A DNA stretch of 64,000 nucleotides, from the NCBI GenBank assembly GCA_045837725.1, contig JBEWZL010000191.1, forward strand, positions 62,001 to 126,000, in the 5' to 3' direction. This stretch comes from Vermamoeba vermiformis (lineage: Eukaryota). Under the pieces are notes generated by a model that was not told the origin of the DNA, ran no database searches, and saw nothing but the letters and a program-made list of their open reading frames with translations. A program made the position numbers and the translations under genes. Shown here one piece after another: positions 54,215 through 64,000 of the stretch. Position 1 is the first letter of the stretch. Each line of letters begins with the position of its first letter.

Positions 54215-57200
54215 TTACAACCGGGTCACTTGTCTGTTGATCATGTACAAGCGGATGCGCACGTACACATCGCAAATGAGCACTATAGTAAATATGTCGT
54301 TAGTAAGTAGCCGACGGGTACAGCACGCTATGTACATACCAGAGATAATAGGGGCAACGGAAGCGCAAGCCAAAATTCCGAAACCTTGAGGTGCATCCAC
54401 GACTTTACCGAAGCTGAGTCCCAATGAAAGCACAAAAGGCACTGTAACTGGACCAGTAGTGACACCAGCACTATAAATAATCATATTAATAGATGTGCTA
54501 ATCGATTGAAGAATTTTGTTAAGATCAAAATCCGGGATCAAGTTTCCAGCCAAAATATTTCCAGCGCAAATTATAGGTTAAAGTTAATATACACGTACCT
54601 GTCCCAAGCAATAGAAACAAAATCTTGGTTGGCGAAGATGGTCAAGCCGCAAGCAATCGTATAACCACCCACCAAGAAGTAGATCAAGGGCAGTTGGAAG
54701 ATGATGAGAATCAAGCCCAACAATGTGCCTGCACCAACACCCAAGGCCACAGCTGAAATCAACAAACGGCGAGTGAACTGGCCCTTAGTCAACTGTTCCA
54801 CCTTCAAGCCCATGACGTTCAATGCAGGTTCAGCCAATGTCGCCAAAACACCGAGCACGAATGTGAAGACGTAGACGATGAACAAACCAGCGTGGTACTC
54901 GAATCTAGGTGAGTTCTCGACGCCCTCGACTTCTTCAAAAGCAGCAGGCAAGATCGAGCCGACTTTGGATCCGAGGCCAGCGAGACCGTAAGTCAAGCCG
55001 ATATTGAATACAATGATACCGACTTGCGTGAATGCCAAGCCCATGAGCAAAACACTCAACGCCGAGTCGATGCATCGTTTCTTGACTTCTTGTTTGGATC
55101 CGGTCTCCACGTCAAACATCGGGTTCGAAGCACGACGACTAGGCATTCTGTTCATATGATAGCCGTAGTCTGAGTCAGTGCTCAAGCGTGCTGGATTTTC
55201 CAAATCAGATTCAATCTCCATCTTGATCTCGTTAGCGCTGCTTTCACCGTCATCAGAGCTCTCCAACTCGACCATCTCTGACGCATTGTGGCCGTTCTCT
55301 TGGTGCTCAATGTCGCTGTCGCCAGTAGGGACCTTGACAGTGATCATAGGGCTCGGGACAGTTCCGTTAGAGGTGGCTTCAGTGATCTCCGAGTGCGCGT
55401 CAGACGGGTCCATGTCGCTGTTAGACTTTGGTGGCTCGGGCTCGTCGCTGGTATTATTCGCACGAATGATTTCGAGCAGTTTTGTTGAAGGGATAGGACT
55501 GCGCAACACGATCTTGAGAATGAAGAACAAAAACAAGGTCAAAGGCATGATGGCACGCAAGCCAAACACGACCTCACGCACGGGTGATTTCTCCCAAGCT
55601 GATTCTTCGACGACAGTGCCGTCTGAGTTGGCAATAATGTGGTCTCGGTCAACACTCAAGTACGTGAACAAAGCCAAAAATTGCACGGCAGTGACGGGCA
55701 GAACGGAGGCCAAAGTGACGACACCAAAACCGGACAAAGCTGATGACGCTTCTTTGTTTTGACTTGTCACACCGACTCCAATAGCCAAAATAATAGGTAC
55801 TAGAAAAAAATTGTTAGGATGGTGTTTGTGACAGGTGTCAAAAAAAGTGTCAAATTCAGACATTGGATCACGTGTCAAAAATAACTTACCAGTGACAGGA
55901 CCAGTAGTCACAGCACCACAATCCCACGCCAAACCAATCAGTGATTGCAAATCTTCTGAGGCAAGGTGCATGATCAACGCCATGAGCAGTGTCGGGGTCA
56001 AAGTTGCAAAGATGAGAGGCTTGAGTGACCAATTCTTAACGAACCGTAAAGTACCCAAAACTATTAACGCCGTCAGTCACTATACATTGCACGAATTTTT
56101 GCAATCTTTGAAGAATTCTTCTTATCAAAAAATTATTCGAAACCTTACCGGTCGCAAAGCCGACACCGAGACCAATGCACAAAACCAAAACTTCACGCAG
56201 CTCCATAAGCACGTAATGCAAATAAGGTGCACGATGGACTTTTACGAGTGATACGAGCGGAGTTAATGATGAAATTGCGGGCTCGGCGTAAGTGACTGCA
56301 ACACCGAGCACAAAAGCGATCACAAGCACCCATATTAATTTAAGCCTATAATGGAAAACAACATGTTAGCTACTGCTCCCCAAGTAAGTACCATATATAA
56401 TATAAATAATGCATTAAGCCCGTATGTCATAGCGGATCTGGTCGTCAAAAGTGACTGCAGACAAAAATCCAATTTTTTCGAAAATGCAGGAAAAACAGAT
56501 ATTCGCAATATTAATAGTAAATATAATTATTATAATTATATTTTAACGTACTTTAATGGCATTTCTTTGCCGACTTGCTCTCCTAACGGCATCAAAGCAA
56601 ATTTGAGACCTTCAATAAATAATACCAAGCCGATTAAGACGGCCACGATACCAAGAAATACAGTGCCAGCACCTATATTATTTAAATATTAATATTAAAC
56701 GGTAAATAATGTACGAGCAAATAATTTATTGACAGAAATTTCGAGATCTGTTTTTTACGTTATTCATCAGCTTAGTATTATCAATATTGTTATTAATATT
56801 TATATTTAATGATAATTATTTAATAGGAAATGTGAATTTGGGGTTGCGTAATAGACCAAGTATGGTTCACAAAAAGTTGCGGATTTGTTTTTTCGCTTAC
56901 CTTCGACAGCTCGTTGGAAAACAATAGCCAAAAATAATACAAAATATAGCGAGATTGGAATAACAATCTTAATTTGTTCGTAGATCTGCAGCAAGAAAGT
57001 AGTTGAAAGTGATCTGATCATCTGCCCGCGGAATTCCAAGACGAGCTAGAAAGATTTGATATTTCTCTACTTGTCGCTGCGATGCTTTGTTGAAAGGCCA
57101 TGGCACTTTTAATGTCGGCAAACCTCGATCGTCCTCTGCAAAAAAAAGTAACGGTAAGTTAAGGGATCTAGATGAGCTTCTAAACGCTAAAATTAATATG

Positions 57201-57545
57201 ATTTTGCGTAATATGCATTGTATTAATTATATTGTGGCGTAATTAAGCTTAAGAAAGAGGTTGAAGATTGCAGATCCGATAGGAAACTGAAATATTTTTC
57301 GATTTTCTTTGGAAATTGAAAACAATTCAACCGATATGGTTAATATTATATTATTCGTATTAAACTTTCGTTTTACACCAAGCAGGTGATTTTCAAACTT
57401 AACCGGGTATTTTTACGGTTAATTAATACTTGATCTACGACCAAAAAAACAATTATTTTCACTATAAACGAGGGCATATCACTAATACAATGGTATATAG
57501 CTATTTTAAGACCCTCTGCTGCAAATTCTTACCAGTTCTGATCAT
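54215..57545 (-). CDS. Membrane protein with two DUF1538 domains separated by an acidic linker (start uncertain)
   Basis: Duplicated motifs AEPAI/AEPAL, WDCGAVTTGPVTVP and WDSAGVTTGPVTVP, GFGVVTLASVLP and GFGILACASVAP. Apparent frameshift at 56996-56998. Confidence 0.8.
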
Positions 57546-58358
57546 TTCTAGATGCTGTCGGATCAACCTAGGCTATGAAATAAATATACAATACAAACAA
57601 ATATACAAGCGAATAAATAGCCAACGTGCACTTAGGACGAGTAGTGCAGTTGTGGCTAGTCGAATTTGAATAGCAGCTAATAACCTACCCTCGCCAAAAT
57701 TATTTGTTACGGTTTTTTTGTTTCACATAATTTCCGTTGAACGTGAAGAGATCAACACAAAAAATGTTTTATTGACAATTTTATGTCTAATTTCATCCTT
57801 ATATAGCGTCATCTCGCCTGAATAGTGAGAATTAGTGACCGATCGGTCACGAAGCAAAACTGTTCTTGGTCTAGCACAAGTTTATTGATAATATCGGTAC
57901 TTATTATTGCACGCGCATAATATTATTCCATTATATCGTTATTAATAATATGACTAATTCTTTGCATTTTGAATAATTGGTCCGCGGTAACAATTAATCG
58001 TTGTAAGAAAGAAAAATCAACTCATTTTCAGGCTCTTAACTAGTATTACTCTATTAGCGACTCATTGACGTGCTATATAGCAAAATAATTTATTACTAAA
58101 CTTTAAAATTTTAGCAGCAAAAGTTGATCTGTTCTTTTGTAACCGCGAAACAGTTGTACTTGTACAAACCATCCTATTTATAATTTCAATACTTTACGCG
58201 TATCTTGCGATTTAATCTTACTTAATCTCGGGAATTATTACATGGTTAAAGACATAAAGTTGGCGATATAAATTTTCGGCAGCGTTGGACCCATTCAATT
58301 TCAATTTCAATTCGCACGAGTAACTAGGTTATATATTAAACCATTAGAATTAACCGCA

Positions 58359-60918
58359 ATGAAAAGTTATTTAGCGGTTGTTTTATTTGTTTCTTTAATT
58401 TTTGTAGCGGATGCGCAACTTCCGTTTGGACGAAAAGGACTTGGTGGTAACTTGGGTATTACTACATGTCCTTCAAGAACAAACCCTTCTGCTACTATTC
58501 CTGCGAGCTTCGACGCTCGCGAGACGTGGCCTGACTGCATTCAGCCCATCCGCGATCAGGTAAAAAACTATTTCGGCTAATTTTTATATTTTAACCAATT
58601 ATCCGTTGTAATTATATAATATTATTGGTAATATTCATATTTATAATCCATAATATAATATTTCAGTTTCATAAATTGGATGTGACATAAATTAAACGTT
58701 GGCACGGAAAATTTCTAAGCTTTAACTAATTTGTAGTTCGTCTAGCAGTACAAAGAACTTACTAACTATTGTTATATTAAATTATAGGGCAGTTGTGGCA
58801 GGTAAGGAAGCTTTGACTTTAAAAAAATGCGATGGATCCGATCGACATCCACAAAATATCTTGACCCTTTGTCGCATGCAAAATTCTATTCATTACCACA
58901 ATACATAGTTAATTAACCGTAGGAACAATTCTAACATTGTTTTTTTTCCATAAAAGTTGCTGGGCTTTTGCAACCGCATCCGCTACGACGGATCGCTTTT
59001 GCATTGCGACGCTTAACAGCAACAATAGAACCAAAAGAATGCTGGCACCTCAAGACTTAGTTTCGTGGTACGTAACACCCGCGAGTAAACAATTTTGAAT
59101 TTGAAACTGGCCAAACACGAGCCCAGATCACAAAAAAAAACTGAAACTGAAAGTCATGGTATTAATGCTCTAATTATAGTGACACTTCTTGCAAAGGAAT
59201 TATAAACAAAAGCTGCCAAGCTGGCTGTTCGGTATGAAACTCGTGCTTTCAATTTTAACCTTTTTTGAATTGAAATTTCGGTGCAGGAATTTTCTCAATT
59301 TAACGCACGCAGTTTATAATTAGAAATCGTTATTTAGGTTACTATCGATCGTTAATATTATTGTACCGTATAATTTCTCGATTTAAATTCCGTTTTTGCC
59401 TGTTTTAATTCGTTACTTAAACTCGCGTACGGTTGTATCCGAGGTCCTATAAGATCGATAGACCAACTCGCTTACCTGCGTAATATTATAGGGCGGCTAC
59501 ATCGACTTGGCCATGAACTATATCACCGATACTGGTATTGTCGGCGAGACTTGTTATCCGTACGAAGGAGTTGAAACATCATGTGGCGCAGCTCAATGCT
59601 TGAACGGTAAGCGTTATTAATATTAATATATGGTTACTTGTTTGTACTTACCGCGGATGTGATTGTATCTGAAAAGCGAAATTCAAGCTTTTATCGTCCC
59701 ATCCAAATTGAGTAATGATGTTCGAAACTTTTGCTGAACGGCAATTACCGGTATAAAGTTTCGTATTAATTTTAGTTCTGTGAACAACCTTAATCTTTCA
59801 CATAACGAGGTCTATATAAGTAATATTTCGGACATTAGTCCTGTCGACGTGGCAAACGGATTAATTTCCAAATCGACTGAAATTAACCGATGATTTTCTC
59901 GATTAGGTACGAGCTCGAATAATCAGAAATTTAAGAATAAGAACTGCTATAAGCTCGATGGCATCGCTAATATCCAATATGACATTATGACTTATGGTCC
60001 GATCGTTGGTAAGCAGCCGTGGCAAACACATCCGAGACTAATTTTAGATCCGCTTCAACTTTCGTTACACGATATAACTCATTCTCTATATATAGCGGGC
60101 TATACTGTATATGAAGACTTCTTTGGCTACACATCTGGTGTCTACATTCAGAACTCTACCCAAAGCGCGGGTGGTAAGTTAGAACTCGGCATCGGATCTT
60201 GAGAATGTTTTAACCGCTAGTATACTAACAATACTTATAATAATAGGCCATGCAGTGAAGATTATCGGGTAAGCTCCGGTCTATCGGAGATCATTCCTTT
60301 GCAGAAATTCTTCTCGAGGACATTCATCGCGAGACTGTGGCCAGCGGCACTTAATTAATATCTTTTCCGATAGATGGGGAACTGAGAATGGCGTTGATTA
60401 TTGGCTCGTAGCTAATAGCTGGACTGCTAATTGGGGCGACAAAGGTTACTTCAAGATCCGCCGTGGCACGAACGAGTGCTCGATCGAGGACAACATGGTC
60501 GGTGGCGAAGCCGATTTAACTTCTGTGTCGGCACAATACGAAGAGGTAATATATCTTAATAAGTATATATACCGATAATATTGAAAGCGGATGCTGTTCA
60601 GTGAACGTTGTAGATCGATTTTTTTTTTGTCCGCCGAGATTTTATCATGACCATGTTTTTAAATCGATTTTTCTTTTAAAATGCAAATTACAAAGTTTAT
60701 CGCACGACTGGAAAGGGACCGTTGACAATAGCGGAAAAACTAACAATTTAAAATAGTACCCCGGTTCTGCCACACCTCAAATTTCACCTGCTACGAGTCC
60801 TGCATCATCTATGACGCCCGGCTTTACTCCATCAAGCAAAACCTTGGCTAGCTCTGCGATTTCGTTTTTCAAGATCTGGTCGGTGATCGTACTAAGTGGA
60901 GTTTTTCTTATCTTTTAA
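58359..60918 (+). CDS. Cathepsin B-like papain-family (C1A) cysteine protease with an S/T/P-rich stalk and hydrophobic tail
   Basis: [56 protein letters not shown]. Includes a 14-nt microexon at 58788-58801. Confidence 0.9.
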
Positions 60919-61175
60919 GAACTTAGTTGCGTAAATTGTAATAAGTATAACGCTATTGATTGTATTACTAAATTCTGACTTTCAAATTGGTAGCTCAGAA
61001 TAGCCATAAAATATTCGCAATGAATAAATTTTCCGTTTCGGAGTAAGACAGGTGGAATAATTCTTCAACTAAAAATAACCGCCGGTTATAAAAGGCCTGA
61101 AGAAGTGACGTATTTTTGAAATAATTAAGTTAGTGGTAACAACACAACCAACATCCGCGCCAAAAAAAAACTACG

Positions 61176-61888
61176 ATGTCGTCACACGAAAGCGAAGCCA
61201 ACTCGTTTGAAGAATCAAGTCAAGAAGAATACGTCGCATCCGTGAAGACTTGCCGTCGTGACAAAAAGAGCCGAAAAGCCAAGAGGGCTAAGAAATGCTT
61301 GAGAGATTCTCCGCTTGGCGCATCCGGTCATTTTGAAGTCTTTTCAAGCATTACTACATCGCCAGATAGTGCACTGCTAACTGAAACCAAAGAACTACTT
61401 CTATCGCTGTCAATGTCGCAAAAAGATCTTGCTGATCAATTGGGCGTCAGGTAAGGAGTAACAAAATTTGTTTTAAGCTTGTATTGACAATAGATCAATA
61501 TAGTCAAACAAAAATTAGCCAATATTTGAATGGTGGAAGCCGGATGCGAGGCTGGAAAGGAATGGAAGATGCGTTGCTAGTCTGGGTGAATTCTAACCAG
61601 CCGGGTGAAGACGATGTTGCCTCTCCTTGCAGTTCTTCAGATAGTGCGCATGAAAGCGGGGAAGACTGCTCGGAAACACAATCTTGCAACTCGGATTCGG
61701 ATTCCGCGCAGCAAGATCTAGAATTTTCCTCGTTATTCGAGCCAGAACAAGCCGATTTCAACTATAACGACATGCTGCTAACATCGGATTTCTTGAACGA
61801 TTATTCGCAAGAAGACTCCTGGTCCTCCTTTTCAATCATGGCAATTTACGGGCAGTCCGTTGGGGAATTAGCCAGATCAAGCGTTTAA
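61176..61888 (+). CDS. Small putative transcription factor with a Cro/lambda-repressor-like HTH, basic NLS and acidic tail
   Basis: Exons 61176-61450 and 61504-61888 give MSQKDLADQLGVSQTKISQYLNG. Confidence 0.7.
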
Positions 61889-62006
61889 ACTTTTGTAAAT
61901 TCGCAATTTTGTCTTGTTGTATTAGTACTTGCAACATGTAGCGATGTAATATATAGTTAAATAGAGGTTAAAACCGAAAAGAGGACTTTAATTCCGCATC
62001 TGGTGC

Positions 62007-64000
62007 CTACAACTCAAACTCAAATTCACTTCTCATTTTAGCCTCGACGTCATTATTATTATTGGCATTAGAGAATCGTGACGGGGCGAAAAAAGTCCTG
62101 TTCGTAGTTTCGGAAGGCAGTGCGATCTCCTTCCCCAAGAATCTGAATGTTCGTGCGGGTACCGTCTGTACTTGCGATTTAACCGTTGGAGCAATGTCCA
62201 TCTGTGGCAAGTTTAAAGGGATCGGCGGCGTTGCTTTCGCGGGCATAGTAGTTACGGTTGTGATTGAATTCTTAGGTGTGGCCGCCTGCTTTTGCCACGC
62301 AAAAGACTGGATGTAGTTTGGAACTTTGACAGGCACCACTTCTTTCGCATTATTATCGCCCTTCAATAGCTTCATATTGCCGTTGGTCGATAAATTCGTA
62401 GCCTTGGCGCGGAGTGTACTCAAATAATCAACGGATCCGCTCGGAGATTTCACCCCTAAAGGGAAAAAGTTGGCATTAAGTAATGCGTGCCCAAGTTGTT
62501 CCGCATCAAAATAAGAAAAATCCTTACTTGTTTCGTCGGTACCTTGCTCTACCTTCTGTCGTTTGTTCTGCCTTTCGTCATCATCGACGCCACTCTCGTC
62601 AACTTTTCTTCTGTTGTTCTTGATGCCGTACTTGCAGCACGGATGTTTACACTCGCCCTTGTCGCGACAGGGATGCAAGCATTGGCCGTATCGCAAAATC
62701 AAGTTTTGATTTTCATCACGATCAAGGTAAGTACCATTTTCAGCTAAATATAGATATAATGTAACAATTAGAAAGAGATGCTCACGATGTTAAATTTAAA
62801 CAATAAGCGTAAAGTTAAATATAGTGAGGCAATGTCCAAAATCAATCAAGCGGACTAAATAACTAAAAATAGCAAATTTAAGGAAAGAACATTTACCGTT
62901 GTTTGCACTGTTATCGCCCGCAGTATGTTGATCTTGTACGCTGAGAATAGGCTGTCGTGTCATATTCACGTTGGGCAATCTTTCGGCAGATTTAATCTCG
63001 CTTAAACCCGCCAATGCTGCTTTCGGCTCTGTTCTATTTTTAGGCAGATTTGCTCGCGCGACTTGCTGGTACTTTGAACCAACATTTACAGTCTTTACTG
63101 CGTCTGCACCCACTAGAATAATACGTGATTAGGCCCTGAAGTAGCACCATCAAGATCAATTTACGCCTTACAATACTCGGTGTTGAGCACTAATACTGAA
63201 CAATGTCGTGCGGTGTTGCTAGATTGAGGCAAGGCCACTCGGAATTCCCAAGCAGTCTGTGCCCAACTCCTAGGAGTAACAAATTATTAGTTATATTTGG
63301 AAACCTGAATTTCAGACCGTCACGATTATCTAATTTAAGCATTGCCTAGGCAAAATTAAATTAATACGCACATTATCTTCTTATAGAAGATCAAATCTTC
63401 GCCAATGCCGACAACAACATCGATAAAGTTCTGCGGCAGTTTTGATTTCCGCGGCGTTTCGCTCACACGGTTCAATCGGATGACAGCTTCATGATCTCCG
63501 TCCTTTGTGAAAAGACGGTACTTAGTTCATGAATTCAATGATTAACTCATGAATAATTGACTTACAATTGAAACTGCCACGTCAAATCGAGGTATGATGA
63601 GTAGTCCCTCCTTAACTTCATTGCCGAACGGCGGATTTCTCCCCACAAGCTACGTAAATCAATTCAATTAAAAATTCCAATCAAGCTTGGTTAGATTAAT
63701 CAATCCTACCCGCTCAATTGTTCTTGGATCGATCTGCACGAGCTTTTCAAGAGTGGTAATGCCACCAGAAACAAGGGAATTTGCGTAAGCAGGTCCGATC
63801 TTGTCTAATTGTTTTGCGATGTACGGGCTATCTTCCCACATCCGCTGTTTCAAGCACTTTCCGCTGGATTCACAAAACGTTAGTTGATCAAGCCCGATTG
63901 CAAGATTTGAATTGATCTTACAGAACGATCGCGTTATGTGTCGCGACAAAGAACTTCTTTTCAATCAGATATTGGGTCATGCAAGCCACAACTCGGATCG
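62007..64000 (-). CDS. HFM1: 3' part of meiotic helicase HFM1/MER3 (Sec63/Brl domain and C-terminal Zn-finger)
   Basis: QRMWEDSPYIAKQLDKIG; DPRTIER|LVGRNPPFGN; CLHPCRDKGECKHPCCKYG. Confidence 0.85.

Noticed and set aside
55178-55762. 194-aa plus-strand ORF
   Set aside because: Antisense shadow of the DUF1538 exon.
57046-57070. 25-nt GT-AG mini-intron rescuing the DUF1538 frame
   Set aside because: Weak donor and far shorter than the other introns; a one-base error at 56996-56998 is the simpler explanation, though not proven.
59712-59740. Intronic C/D-box snoRNA
   Set aside because: Imperfect C box and a C-to-D distance too short.

Overview
Gene-dense, intron-rich eukaryotic DNA with short GT-AG introns and CTAAC/CTAAT-like branch points, most consistent with a free-living amoeba-like protist (inference). 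About 23 protein-coding genes were reconstructed by manual splicing: an RGM/hemojuvelin-like ectodomain joined to a polytopic membrane region, a small membrane protein, an in-frame fusion of a gulonolactone/arabinonolactone-oxidase-type FAD oxidase to a lipoxygenase, ARMH3, a 4-EF-hand protein, VPS11 (with an AT-AC U12 intron), a WD40 protein, two proteins sharing an HTH-like domain, an aquaporin, two tandem giant Cys-rich/7TM/tyrosine-kinase receptors, a macrodomain hydrolase, a PA-domain 7TM protein, an ankyrin protein, three tandem EGF-7TM genes, a bZIP factor, an F-box/LRR protein, a double-DUF1538 protein, a cathepsin-B-like protease with a GPI-like tail, and the 3' end of HFM1/MER3. The top candidates for new biology are the FAD oxidase-lipoxygenase fusion, the 7TM-tyrosine kinase receptors, the polytopic RGM-like protein and a 12-bp palindrome (TGACACGTGTCA) seen only in introns. 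Three +1 homopolymer frameshifts suggest consensus errors. No tRNA, rRNA, CRISPR array or transposon could be supported. All family assignments come from recalled motifs, not database searches.
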